NCBI GenBank assembly: GCA_964035575.1
Contig: OZ037844.1
Location: 1,116,001-1,180,000, forward strand
Direction of reading: 5' to 3'
DNA: 64,000 nt
From: Rhynchopus sp. YZ270_cl-10
Lineage: Eukaryota
Each line of letters opens with the position of its first letter. The first letter of the stretch is position 1. The notes beneath the pieces are model-generated. The model was not told the DNA's origin. It was given only the letters and a program-made list of their open reading frames with translations, and did not search any database. The translations under genes and the position numbers were made by a program. This document shows positions 24,293-37,766 of this stretch, in pieces.

Positions 24293-24699
24293 AAAAAAAC
24301 GTGATTGTGATGTGGTTGGAGCTGAAAGTTATTTCATTCTTTTTTTGTAGTCTTCGTGAAGCTTTTGGTTGTGTCAACCCCCCATCCTTGGGAAAGATGG
24401 GTGTGCATTCCAAACCCCCCTTTTTTTGAAACTTAATCAAGGTGTCTGTACGTTTCTCACAACATCTGCTTTTTGTTTGGATTGCACTAGAACACAACTC
24501 AAGTTACACCAATTCTATCCGAAAAGATGAAATAACCTGAAGCAAAGACCACATCATAAAAACGAAAAACGAAAAAAAAAAAAAAAAAAAAAAAAATGAA
24601 AAAAGAAAAGCCGATTTCTCAAAAAAGGATGTGGGCCCCGTTCACTTGTATCATACTCTAAATCCCGCATCCTCCTGAAATCGGGAAATTAAAAATTCC

Positions 24700-24738
<39 letters not shown>

Positions 24739-25150
24739 CTAAGCACCTCAGAGTGTTTAGGCGTGAACGGGGAAATCCCCACCTGGGGTCACAAGGCCCA
24801 GGCACCTCATGGTGAGCTGATGAGTGACCGTATCATGCAATAACTGTTTTCCTGTTCTCATTTTTTGTTTTTTTTAATGATATTAGAGGTGGACACTTTT
24901 AGTACCAACTTTTCCAGGGGGTTTCAACGCGTGTCGTCTCACTACGACGAGAGTGTCCAGGTATAAGGGACCAGCTTTTGATGACCAAAATTTCGCTAAG
25001 TACCCGAAAAATCCCTAAGGAAAAAAGTGGAAAAAAAGTGTCCCAAAATGGACATCTATTTTTTGACATTTTTGGCGACAACGCGACTAGTCGCGCTGTC
25101 GCGCGCGACTTGTCGCGTGTCGTACGCGACTTGTCGCGTTGGTAGCATTG

Positions 25151-26404
25151 CTGTATGCAACGAACGCAACGCATACAACGCAACGCAACCGATGCGTACG
25201 TAGCGATCTGTATGCAACGAACGCAACGCATGCAACGCAACGCAACCGATGCGTACGTAGCGATCTGTATGCAACGAACGCAACGCATACAACGCAACGC
25301 AACCGATGCGTACGTAGCGATCTGTATGCAACGAACGCAACGCATACAACGCAACGCAACCGATGCGTACGTAGCGATCTGTATGCAACGAACGCAACGC
25401 ATGCAACGCAACGCAACCGATGTGTACGTAGCGATCTGTATGCAACGAACGCAACGCATGCAACGCATGCAACCGATGTGTACGTAGCGATCTGTATGCA
25501 ACGAACGCAACGCATACAACGCAACGCAACCGATGTGTACGTAGCGATCTGTATGCAGCGAACGCAACGCATGCAACGCATGCAACCGATGTGTACGTAG
25601 CGATCTGTATGCAACGAACGCAACGCATACAACGCAACGCAACCGATGCGTGCGTAGCGATCTGCATGCAACGAACGCAACGCATACAACGCAACGCAAC
25701 CGATGTGTACGTAGCGATCTGTATGCAGCGAACGCAACGCATGCAACGCATGCAACCGATGTGTACGTAGCGATCTGTATGCAACGAACGCAACGCATAC
25801 AACGCAACGCAACCGATGCGTGCGTAGCGATCTGTATGCAACGAACGCAACGCATGCAACGCAACGCAACCGATGTGTACGTAGCGATCTGTATGCAACG
25901 AACGCAACGTATACAACGCAACGCAACCGATGCGTACGTAGCGATCTGTATGCAACGAACGCAACGCATGCAACGCAACGCAACCGATGTGTACGTAGCG
26001 ATCTGTATGCAACGAACGCAACGCATACAACGCAACGCAACCGATGTGTACGTAGCGATCTGTATGCAACGAACGCAACGCATACAACGCAACGCAACCG
26101 ATGCGTACGTAGCGATCTGTCTGCAACGAACGCAACGCATACAACGCAACGCAACCGATGCGTACGTAGCGATCTGTATGCAACGAACGCAACGCATACA
26201 ACGCAACGCAACCGATGTGTACGTAGCGATCTGTATGCAACGAACGCAACGCATGCAACGCAACGCAACCGATGCGTACGTAGCGATCTGTATGCAACGA
26301 ACGCAACGCATACAACGTAACGCAACCGATGCGTACGTAGCGATCTGTATGCAACGAACGCAACGCATACAACGCAACGCAACCGATGCGTACGTAGCGA
26401 TCTG
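25151..26404. repeat. 57-bp satellite block
   Basis: Continuation of the 13980-14919 array across the hAT insertion. Confidence 0.95.
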
Positions 26405-27047
26405 TACGAAAGCATGCTACGGGTTTAACGCCATCGCGTTAACGCAACACCTGCGCCGCTGTGACACTTCGCTGGCTCGTGTGGTTGTGATAACGGAACG
26501 GTCTACACGTGCGTTACACACTACGGTCTTCGTATACGATACACACAACGCTATGCATATGCGTTGCACGCGTTAACCGCAACGGGTGGTTACCAAACGC
26601 AGCCCACCTTCGGTGGGCTGCTGCAACTCGTGCCGTGTGTGGCCCATGCATGGTTCTCACAGCTCGCTGGCACGTTTCCCAAGCCGCAAACCCGGTTACC
26701 TGCCTGAAAAACCGGGTTTTTGGCCAAACGCCTGTTTTGCCTGTAGAACCCTGTAGAACCCTTAAGAAACACGTGCTTTAAAGGGGTACTCGTGACACCC
26801 TGGTGTCAGGGTCTCTAAGGGGCTACAGCTTCGCTGAGCCTCTACACCCCCCAAAAAGTGTCCGATCTTTCCAAAGAAAACGTTTTTTCGGCTGGGCGAA
26901 GCTTCTACACCCTCAAAAAAAAACCGGTTTTTGGTCGGATCCAGCGGGGGGGGTTAGGGGGTAGGGGGGCGGCGAGAAAAGCAACCTTTAAAAACTAGAA
27001 AACACAAGTGTTTTCTAGAATTTTACACGTAAACTCGCGACACGAAA

Positions 27048-29801
27048 TTTGAGTTGACGGTCTTGAAAACACTTCGCTGGCTGGTGTGTCAAACGGTCTG
27101 TGTATGGTTTGCACGTAACGCTCTACGTATACGATACGATCTGTATGCAACGAACGCAACGCATGCAACGCAACGCAACCGATGTGTACGATGCCATCTG
27201 TATGCAACGAACACAACGCAACGAACGCAACGCAACCAACGCAACGCAACCGATGCGTACGTAGCGATCTGTATGCAACGAACGCAACGCATGCAACGCA
27301 ACGCAACCGATGCGTACGTTACGATCTGTATGCAACGAACGCAACGTAACCAACGCAACGCAACCGATGCGTACGTAGCGATCTGTATGCAACGAACGCA
27401 ACGCATGCAACGCAACGCAACCGATGTGTACGTAGCGATCTGTATGCAACGAACGCAACGCAACCGATGCGTACGTTACGATCTGTATGCAACGAACGCA
27501 ACGTAACCAACGCAACGCAACCGATGCGTACGTAGCGATCTGTATGCAACGAACGCAACGCATGCAACGCAACGCAACCGATGCATACGTAGCGATCTGT
27601 ATGCAACGAACGCAACGCATACAACGCAACGAATGCAACGAACGCAACCGATGCATACGTAGCGATCTGTATGCAACGAACGCAACGCATGCAACGCAAC
27701 GCAACCGATGCGTACGTAGCGATCTGTATGCAACGAACGCAACGCATACAACGCAACGAATGCAACGAACGCAACCGATGCATACGTAGCGATCTGTATG
27801 CAACGAACGCAACGCATACAACGCAACGCAACCGATGCGTACGTAGCGATCTGTATGCAACGAACGCAACGCATGCAACGCAACGCAACCGATGCGTACG
27901 TTACGATCTGTATGCAACGAACGCAACGTAACCAACGCAACGCAACCGATGCGTACGTAGCGATCTGTATGCAACGAACGCAACGCATGCAACGCAACGC
28001 AACCGATGTGTACGTAGCGATCTGTATGCAACGAACGCAACGCAACCGATGCGTACGTTACGATCTGTATGCAACGAACGCAACGTAACCAACGCAACGC
28101 AACCGATGCGTACGTAGCGATCTGTATGCAACGAACGCAACGCATGCAACGCAACGCAACCGATGCATACGTAGCGATCTGTATGCAACGAACGCAACGC
28201 ATACAACGCAACGAATGCAACGAACGCAACCGATGCATACGTAGCGATCTGTATGCAACGAACGCAACGCATGCAACGCAACGCAACCGATGCGTACGTA
28301 GCGATCTGTATGCAACGAACGCAACGCATGCAACGCAACGCAACCGATGCATACGTAGCGATCTGTATGCAACGAACGCAACGCATACAACGCAACGAAT
28401 GCAACGAACGCAACCGATGCATACGTAGCGATCTGTATGCAACGAACGCAACGCATACAACGCAACGCATGCAACGAACGCAACGTAACCAACGCAACGC
28501 AACCGATGCGTACGTAGCGATCTGTATGCAACGAACGCAACGCATGCAACGCAACGCAACCGATGTGTACGTAGCGATCTGTATGCAACGAACGCAACGC
28601 ATGCAACGCAACGCAACCGATGTGTACGTAGCGATCTGTATGCAACGAACGCAACGCAACCGATGCGTACGTAGCGATCTGTATGCAACGAACGCAACGC
28701 ATGCAACGCAACGCAACCGATGTGTACGTAGCGATCTGTATGCAACCAACGCAACGCATGCAACGCAACGCAACCGATGCATACGTTACGAGCGATCTGT
28801 ACGAAAGCATGCTACGGGTTTACCGCCATCGCGTTAACGCAACACCTGCGCCGCTGTGACACTTCGCTGGCTCGTGTGGTTGTGATAACGGAACGGTCTA
28901 CACGTGCGTTACACACAACGGTCTTCGTATACGATACACACAACGCTATGCATATGCGATACACGCGTTAACCGCATCGTGTGGTTACCAAACGCAGCCC
29001 ACCTACGGTGGGCTGCTGCAACTCGTGGCGTGTGTGGCCCATGCATGGTTCTCACAGCTCGCTGGCACGTTTCCAACGCCTGTTTTGCCTGTAGAACCCT
29101 GTAGAAGCCTTAAGAAACACGTGTATAAAAGGGGTACTCGTGACACCCTGGTGCAGTGCTACCAACGCGACAAGAGATTCTAGTCGCGCGACAAAGTGCC
29201 ACTTGTCGCGCTGTCGCGCCCAAAAAAAAATTTTTTTTTCGACATCACAAAAATTTTCACCAAAAAAAAAAATTTTTTTTTTTTTTTGGGTGTGGGCGAT
29301 TTTGGAAAAAAAAATCCAAAAAAAAAAATCCAGAAAAAACCATCGCAGACGGTACAGTAGCGACGTAAGCAAAAGCCATCATTTTTTGACCAAAATTTTG
29401 CTAAGTACCCGGAAAAAACGCGATTTTTCCTAACAAAAAAAAAAAAAAAAGTGTCTCAAAATGGAAAAAAAAATTTTTCGATTTTTGCGACAACTCATTT
29501 TGTCGCGCTGTCGCGGGTGGTTTGTCGCGTGTCGCGCGCGACTTGTCGCGTTGGTAGCACTGCCTGGTGTCAGGGTCTCTAACGGCTCCCAGCTCAAACT
29601 GAGTTATACACCCCCCAAAAAGTGCCCGATCTTTCCAAAGAAACAGTTTTTTGAGCTGGGCGAAGCTTCTACACCCTCTAAACAAAACCGGTTTTTGGTC
29701 GGATCCACCAGGGGGGGGTTAGACTGGGGGGGGGTTACTGTGGGTGGGGGGCGGCGAGGAAAGCAACCTTTAAAAACTAGAAAACACAAGTGTTTTCTAG
29801 A
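27048..29801 (-). mobile_element. Helentron-like family B element with 1.7-kb 57-bp array (27137-28800)
   Basis: 3' end at 27048 and 5' hairpin ending at 29801. It hosts the MITE at 29154-29562. Confidence 0.78.
29154..29562. mobile_element. ~408-bp hAT-like MITE, 7-bp TSD cctggtg
   Basis: Same TIRs as 12626. The empty site gacaccctggtgtcaggg seen in sister copies confirms that exactly 7 bp are duplicated. Confidence 0.95.
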
Positions 29802-29803
29802 AT

Positions 29804-32800
29804 TCCTTAACACTCGGTGTTAAGGTCTTTAAGGTTGCTGATCACCTCCCACCCACCCACCCACCCACCCACCCTCCCCACCCCCAGGGGTGGGTTTCGG
29901 CCATTTTTTTTCAGGTCTCTAAACGTCCAAAGAGGTCAAAAAAGTGGATTCTTGGGAAGATAGGAGGTTTTTAGGAGACTTTCTCGGAAGCAAAGACCTC
30001 CAAACCCTGACAGACCCTGAAACCAGGGTGTCGCGAGTACCCCTTTTTTACACGTGTTTCTTAAGGGTTCTACAGGGTTCTACAGGCAAAACAGGCGTTT
30101 TGGCCAAAAACCCGGTTTTTCAGGCAGGTAACCGGGTTTGCGGCTTGGGAAACGTGCCAGAGCGGTGTGAGAACCATGCGTGGGGGTTTGTAACCACTCG
30201 TTGCGTTGGTTGCGTTGACTTCGTTGCGTAGACATCGCTACGTACACGCCGGTTACGTTGTGTTGCATGCGTTGCGTTCGTTGTGTAGCTATCGTTAACT
30301 TTGGCGTATTTTCGCGAAATGGTCATTTTCCTTAACACTCAGTGTTAAGGTCTTTAAGGTTGCTGATCACCCCACCCTCCCCGCGCGGGGTGGGTTTCGG
30401 CCATTTTTTTTCAGGTCTCTAAACGTCCACAGAGGTCAAAAAAGTGGATTCTTGGGAAGATAGGAGGTTTTTTTTAGGGTTTGCAAATGAGAAAGACCTC
30501 CAAACCCTGACAGACCCTGAAACGAGGGTGTCGCGAGTACCCCTTTTTTACACGTGTTTCTTAAGGGTTCTACAGGGTTCTACAGGCAAAACAGGCGTTT
30601 TGGCCGAAAACCCGGTTTTTCAGGCAGGTAACCGGGTTTGCGGCTTGGAAAACGTGCCAGCGCGCTGCGAGAACCATGCGTGGGGGTTTGTAACCGCTCG
30701 TTGCGTTGGTTGCGTTGCCTTCGCTACGTTGCGTACACATAGCTACGTGCACACCGGTTACGTTGTGTTGCATGCGTTGCGTTCGTTGTGTAGAGATCGT
30801 TATATACAGAGTGCAACGAACAGAGCGGTTGCGTTGCGTTGGTTGTGTTCGGTTGGTTACGTTCGTTGCGTTCCGATCGTTTCGTACACATCGGTTGCGT
30901 TGCGTTGCGTTCGTTGCGTTGCGTTCGTTGCATACAGATCGTTACGTACTCATCGCTTGCATTGCGTTGGATGCGTTGCGTTCGGTGCGTTGCGTTGCTT
31001 CCGTGTCTTCGGTTCGAGACGTTACGTACCGAACGGTTGCGTTGCGTCGGTTGCATTCGTTCCGTTCACATCGTTCCGATCTGAACGGAACGATGTGAAC
31101 GCAAGAAACGTATCGCATCGGTTGCGTTGGTTGGCTTGTGTGCGTTGCAAACCTTTCATACATCAACCACACCAGCCAGTGAGTGTTAAGGATTGCCAAA
31201 AAAAACTAAATCCTTAACACTCGGTGTTAAGGTCTTTAAGGTTGCTTCAACACCACACACCCACCCACCCTCCCCACCCCCCTTTAAGGCACCCCCCCCC
31301 CAGGGTGGGTTTCGGCCATTTTTTTTCAGGTCCCTAAACGTCCAAAGAGGTCAAAAAAGTGGATTCTTGGGAAGATAGGCGGTTTTTTTTAGGGTTTGCA
31401 AATGAGAAAGACCTCCAAACCCTGACAGACCCTGAAACCAGGGTGTCGCGAGTACCCCTTTTTTACACGTGTTTCTTAAGGGTTCTACAGGGTTCTACAG
31501 GCAAAACAGGCGTTTTGGCCGAAAACCCGGTTTTTCAGGCAGGTAACCGGGTTTGCAGCGTGTGAAACGTGCCAGAGCGGTGTGAGAACCATGCGTGGGG
31601 GTTTGTAACCACTCGTTGTGTTGGTTGCGTTGCCTTCGTTGCGTACACATCGCTACGTGCACACCGGTTACGTTGTGTTGCATGCGTTGCGTTCGTTGTG
31701 TAGAGATCGTAACGTACAGAGTGCAACGTACGGAGCGGTTGCGTTGCGTTGGTTGTGTTTGGTTGGTTACGTTCGTTGCGTTCCGATCGCTACGTACACA
31801 TCGGTTGCGTTGCGTTGCATGCGTTGCGTTCGTTGCATACAGATCGCTACGTACACATCGGTTACGGTGCGTTGTACGCGTTGCGTTCGTTATGTTGAGA
31901 TCGATATATACAGATCGCAACGTACACATAGGTTGCGTTGCTTGCGTTGCATCCGTTACGTTGCGTTGGGTGTGTTCGGTTGGTTACGTTCGTTGCGTTG
32001 GTTGCATACGGATCGTAACGTATAGAGCGGATCCGTTTCGTTGTGTTCGGTTGCGTTTATCAACCACACCAGCCAGGAGTGTTAAGGATTGCCAAAAAAA
32101 ACTAAATTTCCTTAACACTCAGTGTTAAGGTCTTTAAGGTTGCTGATCACCCCCCACCCACCCTCCCCGCGCGGGGTGGGTTTCGGCCATTTTTTTTCAG
32201 GTCTCTAAACGTCCAAAGAGGTCAAAAAAGTGGATTCTTGGGAAGATAGGAGGTTTTTTTTAGGGTTTGCTAATGAGAAAGACCTCCAAACCCTGACAGA
32301 CCCTGAAACCAGGGTGTCGCGAGTACCCCTTTTTTACACGTGTTTCTTAAGGGTTCTACAGGCAAAACAGGCGTTTTGGCCAAAAACCCGGTTTTTCAGG
32401 CAGGTGACCGAGTTTGCGGCTTGGAAAACGTGCCAGAGCGGTGTTTTTTTTTTTTTTTCTCTTTGGCCTTTAGTGGTCTTTTTATTGCGATAGGTTAGTA
32501 CACAATGAACAAAAAGCAAGGTGGGCGCACCACTCAAACAAAATGAACAGAACACAAAAGGTGGGCACGGCCCAGGGTATCTCATTACACCTCCCCTGAC
32601 GTTGGTCTCCTGCTTGCTTGAGAGGCCGGGGAATCACTTTGGAGTCAAACAACTCGTACGCGAGGATACCTCCCCTAAAACTGGAAAATACAAATGGAGT
32701 GGTGCGCGCAGTAATGTAAGCGGTGTCGTGGCGTGCTTAGCCAAAGGTATACGCTTAAAAGTCACTCAAAAAAAAAAAAATAAAAGGGAATATGCATTGT

Positions 32801-33511
32801 GTAAGTATAACTAGTGTGTATTTATATGGGGCGGTGTGGAAAGTGAAACGTAAGGCAGCAAATAGGGTACACACAGCTCGCCCCCATCACACGCTTTCCC
32901 CCTTTCATATCCCAAGATAGCACCCAGGGCGCAATCGATTTTAACATCAACAAAATGCAGTGACTGGTGTGTTTGTGTGTCTTTAGGGGCGAGGGGGCGG
33001 GCAAACTTGGGAAACGTGCCAGAGCGGTGTGAGAACCATGCGTGGGGGTTTGTAACCGCTCGTTGCGTTGGTTGCGTTGCCTTCGCTACGTTGCGTACAC
33101 ATATCTACGTGCACACCGGTTACGTTGTGTTGCATGCGTTGCGTTCGTTGTGTAGAGATCGTTATATACAGAGTGCAACGAACAGAGCGGTTGCGTTGCG
33201 TTGGTTGTGTTTGGTTGGTTACGTTCGTTGCGTTCCGATCGTTACGTACACATCGGTTGCGTTGCGTTGCATGCGTTGCGTTCGGTGCGTTGCGTTGCTT
33301 CCGTGTCTTTGGTTCGAGACGTTACGTACCGAACGGTTGCGTTGCGTCGGTTGCATTCGTTCCGTTCACATCGTTCCGATCTGAACGGAACGATGTGAAC
33401 GCAAGAAACGTATCGCATCGGTTGCGTTGGTTGGCTTGTGTGCGTTGCAAACCTTTCATACATCAACCACACCAGCCAGTGAGTGTTAAGGATTGCCAAA
33501 AAAAACTAAAT
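29804..33511 (+). mobile_element. Head-to-tail run of Helentron-like family C elements (29804-~30297 truncated, 30329-31211, 31211-32107, 32109-33511)
   Basis: Each starts TCCTTAACACTC(G/A)GTGTTAAGG. The complete ones end GAGTGTTAAGGATTGCCAAAAAAAACTAAAT, with 1-3 Ts at junctions and no TSD. Confidence 0.78.
32445..33005 (-). mobile_element. 5'-truncated LINE 3'-UTR retrocopy with poly(A) and ~25-bp TSD
   Basis: A poly-T tract is followed by about 545 bp almost identical to 35231-35775. The flanks are cttgg(a/g)aaacgtgccagagcggtgt at 32420-32444 and 33006-33030. Confidence 0.88.
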
Positions 33512-33569
33512 TCTAGAAAACACTTGTGTTTTCTAGTTTTTAAAGGTTGCTTTCCTCGCCGCCCCCCAG

Positions 33570-34463
33570 CATGGCTCGGAGCGTGGCTGCCACGTGTGGC
33601 GGTGACGTCGAGGTGTGGCAGGGGCGTGGCGGTCGCGTGGCAGCCACGCTTGCCACGCTTTCTCCTGGTCAACGTGGCGGTACCCCTGCCACACCGTGGC
33701 GGTCGTGGCAGCCACGACCGCCACGGTGTGGCAGACGTGGCTGCCACACCTGCCACGTCTGCCACATGTGGGAGCGGCGATTTCTGTGCTAACTGAACTC
33801 TGAAAAATTTTTTTGTGAGCACCCTATTTTGACGATTTGAGCTCATTAAAAGCAAAATCGGGCACTTTTGAGCATCTGTGGTCATCTAAAACGCGGTTTT
33901 GAGTTTCCGCCCTTAACTGGTACCTCAGAAAGTAGTTGTCGAAAAAAAAAATTTTTTTTTTTCGCAAAGGGAAATCTCAGGCTACCCCTGATAGTGGATC
34001 CTTGGGTGTCCAAAAGTGCAAAAAAAACGCAAAATTTTGATGTTTTGACCACCTGTGGGCACCTAAAACGCACTTCTCTGCCCAAAAAACGGACCCCGAT
34101 TTTTTCCTGAGCGTTTTTATGACTGTGAAATTTTTGAAATTTTTGTCTCGAAAATTTCAATTTTCGCAAAGGCAAAATTGAGTTATTTTGATGATTTTTT
34201 GCAGAAAAATGCAGGGAAATTGCTTAAAAAGGCTCAAAAGTTGAAAATTCTGGCTTTATTTGAAAGATTGGGCCAGAACTAGGAAAAAAGGGCCAAAAAA
34301 ATAGCTATTTCCCTCCCTCCCGCCAGAGCCCGAGGGCGCCCTTGAGGGAGGTCAGGGCAGCCCGAGGGCCGAAGTTTTATCATTCAGAATGAAGTCCGTC
34401 GTAATCGAGGTTTCATCGTTCAAAATGAAGTCCGTCGTAACCGATGTTTTATCATTCAGAATG
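33570..34463. mobile_element. One-ended hAT-like element, GTGGC/GCCAC-motif end
   Basis: Starts CATGGCTC like the 51856 element, followed by a 200-bp array of cgtggc/gccacg motifs, shared core sequence and the AATGAAGTCCGTCGTAA repeat. The other TIR and TSD are missing. Confidence 0.65.
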
Positions 34464-35199
34464 AGCTGTAGCCCCTTAGAGACCCTGACACCAGGGTGTC
34501 GCGAGTACCCCTTTTTTACACGTGTTTCTTAAGGGTTCTACAGGGTTCTACAGGCAAAACAGGCGTTTTGGCCAAAAACCCGGTTTTTCAGGCAGGTAAC
34601 CGGGTTTGCGGCTTGGGAAACGTGCCAGAGCGGTGTGAGAACCATGCGTGGGGGTTTGTAACCACTCGTTGCGTTGGTTGCGTTGACTTCGTTGCGTAGA
34701 CATCGCTACGTACACACCGGTTACGTTGTGTTGCATGCGTTGCGTTCGTTGTGTAGCTATCGTTACGTACAGAGCGCAACGTACGGAGCGGTTGCGTTGC
34801 GTTGGTTGTGTTTGGTTGGTTACGTTCGTTGCGTTCCGATCGTTACGTACACATCGGTTGCGTTGCGTTGCATGCGTTACATCCGTTACGTTGCGTTCGT
34901 TGCATACAGATCGTTACGTACACATGGGTTACGTTGTGTTGCATGCGTTGCGTTCGTTGTGTAGAGATCGATATATACAGATCGCAACGTACGCATAGGT
35001 TGCGTTGGTTGCGTTCTGATCGTTACGTACGCATCGGTTGCGTTGCGTTGCATGCGTTGGTTGCATACGGATCGTAACGAAAAGAGCGGATCCGTTTCGT
35101 TGTGTTCGGTTGCGTTTATCAACCACACCAGCCAGGAGTGTTAAGGATTGCCAAAAAAAACTAAATCTCTAACCCCCCCTTCACTAAATTCTAGAAAAC

Positions 35200-35230
<31 letters not shown>

Positions 35231-37766
35231 CTCTTTGGCCTTTAGTGGTCTTTTTATTGCGATAGGTTTGTACACAATGAACAAAAAGCAAGGTGGGCGC
35301 ACCACTCAAACAAAATGAACAGAACACAAAAGGTGGGCACGGCCCAGGGTATCTCATTACACCTCCCCTGACGTTGGTCTCCTGCTTGCTTGAGAGGCCG
35401 GGGAATCACTTTGGAGTCAAACAACTCGTACGCGAGGATACCTCCCCTAAAACTGGAAAATACAAATGGAGTGGTGCGCGCAGTAATGTAAGCGGTGTCG
35501 TGGCGTGCTTAGCCAAAGGTATACGCTTAAAAGTCACTCAAAAAAAAAAAAATAAAAGGGAATATGCATTGTGTAAGTATAACTAGTGTGTATTTATATG
35601 GGGCGGTGTGGAAAGTGAAACGTAAGGCAGCAAATAGGGTACACACAGCTCGCCCCCATCACACGCTTTCCCCCTTTCATATCCCAAGATAGCACCCAGG
35701 GCGCAATCGATTTTAACATCAACAAAATGCAGTGACTGGTGTGTTTGTGTGTCTTTAGGGGCGAGGGGGCGGGCAGAGTGAGAGGCAGGCATCTGTGGCA
35801 GTCGCAAACCCCCACCAGGAGCCCTGATCTCTTAGGTAGGTTTGTGTTGTGGCGGCGTACACGATTTGCCCTTGTTGGGGTGTTGGTGGCGTTCTTTTGG
35901 GGCATGTGGCTCGTGTTATTACCTATGAGACTCGGACACCCAGCAGAGGCGCAACTTCCACTTCAGGTACCCATCGCTCTCCCCACCCCTCCTCCCCTTG
36001 TCGTCGCATTTGCCTGTGCCGCAATCGGGTGTGCTTAGGGTACTACATCGGGCCACGGGCAGGGGCTGAGTCTGGGGGTTGTCGTGGCAGAAAAATAAAC
36101 TAGTGAGTAGGGCACGAGTAGTACGTTCCCACATTGCGTAACGTATCTTACTTGCATATGGGGATAAGGGGGGTTAAATGGTAGTACAGGTGGCTCGCAT
36201 CGGGGGTGTCGCTACGCACCCGTCTACTTTACAGTGACTGCTGCCGAAAATAAAAAGGTGGGAGGTTACAGGGGCGCGGTACCCACTGGCGCCTCCCCGC
36301 AAGGTGTTGATAGCGACAGGTTGTTTCAGTTTGCAATTGCGAAAAAAAATATTTTAAAATAAAACATTTTTTTTTTTAAAAATTAAAATTTGAGTTATTA
36401 AAGTTTTGTTTTGTTACAAATTGTAGAAGTGTGTGTCACTACCCGTGGGGGGGAAGTTTGGGGCTACTGCGGTTGACATAGTGTCCCATAAGAGTGTGCT
36501 GTTGTTTTCGCTAGTAGCGTACCTGGTGGAGCATGCAAGGTGGCCTAGTAGACTCCTACGCAGCTTCACCGGCACGTGTGTATTGTGTAAAGGGGGAAGG
36601 GTGAGGTGGGGGTATTAAATAGGGGAGTTGGGGAATTTGGGATTTTGGTGGGCGGGAAGAACGTCCGTATGGTAAGACGCGCCGCACGCCTCTTTGGGCA
36701 CATGTAGTGTTTGTGCGTGCATGTGCTTGCATGTTTAGTCATAAGGGGGGTTTTGATGGTTGTGTTGGTAGCTCGCATCGGGGGTGTCGCTACGCACCCT
36801 TTCACCTAACAGTAATTGCTGCCGTAAAAGAAAAATAAATCATAAATGAAAAAGAGGAGGTTACCAGAGCGCGGTAGACACTGGCGCCTCCCCTCGAGGT
36901 GTTTGGTTGCGACAGAAAAGGTTACATTTTGCATTTTAAAAGTTTCAAAAGAGGATAAGGTGTGAGCAGTTAAAGTAAAAGTGTGGGTCACTACCCTTTG
37001 AAGGGGAACAATGGGGTAACTGCAGCGCGGTAGTCGCTGGTGACCCTCAAGATTGTGTTGTTGTTTTGACAGGCAGCGTAATCGGTGGAAAATGCAAGGT
37101 GGCCGGGTAGACCCCTAAGCAGCTTCACCGGCACGTGCGTATTGTGTAAAGGGGGAAGGGTGTGTTGGCAGTATTAAATAGGGGGGGAATTGGGGCACGG
37201 GAAGAGCATTCGTAGGGTAGATGTGTGGTACACCTCCGTCCGCACATGTATAGTTTGCTTTAATTGATTAATGTACAGTCAGATGCTCCTAATCTACTTG
37301 TGTTTAACGACTGTTGACCTCCAAAAGAGCGGTAAATACATTGTGCTGTGGTACAGAGAGTTTAGGGAGTGGCGGCATAAAAAGGGGATAACTAGGTGCA
37401 TAAAGAAGCGTCCGCTGGGTAAAATGTGGAGTACGCCTCTCTGGGCGTACTTCGAGTGCGGAGGGACCTGGGGCTTCAATAGCGAGAGAGAATTATGCAT
37501 CAGGGATTTCTACGGTGTGAGAAGTGTGGTAGAGATGTGGAAAAATGGGTAGGGGGAACGCTGAACGAGCGAACGAAAGGCTTTTGATTGGGTAACATGT
37601 GGGGAAAGACAGCAGAAAAGCAACAAAATACCCGTTGTAAATAGGGGGACATGAATAACACGCTTGTTGTCAGGGGCTAGCAGCGCGACGTAAGTCGTAC
37701 TGCAGCCTATGACACAAGATTAAACACAGAACATAATAATATTAATCAACAACAACTCAGTCACGA

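Larger units (their letters stand above)
14920..25150 (+). mobile_element. Master hAT-like transposon (10.2 kb including nested insertion), 7-bp TSD ctgtatg
   Basis: TIRs CAGTGCTACCAACGCGACAAG ... CTTGTCGCGTTGGTAGCATTG, with ctgtatg at 14913-14919 and 25151-25157. It encloses the transposase ORF and has the same TIR as the 408-bp MITEs. Confidence 0.93.
11779..27019 (-). mobile_element. Helentron-like family B element with expanded 57-bp array hosting two large insertions
   Basis: 3' end (tttgagttgacggtcttgaaaacactt) at 11779 and 5' hairpin ending at 27019. The flanks rejoin as family A sequence (ttcctaaggca|ttttacacgtaaac). The array pieces 11911-12204, 13980-14919 and 25151-26404 rejoin in phase. 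Confidence 0.78.

Noticed and set aside
24245..24740. Three long poly(A) tracts as separate retro-insertions
   Set aside because: No flanking duplications or recognisable bodies were found; they are more simply A-rich 3' sequence of the transposase gene.
24899..28837. Long Arg/Cys/Val-rich ORFs (up to 546 aa), also at 8077-8621, 13536-14968 and 41661-44878
   Set aside because: They are translations of the 57-bp satellite (19-aa period), open in several frames on both strands and shifting frame at deletion units.
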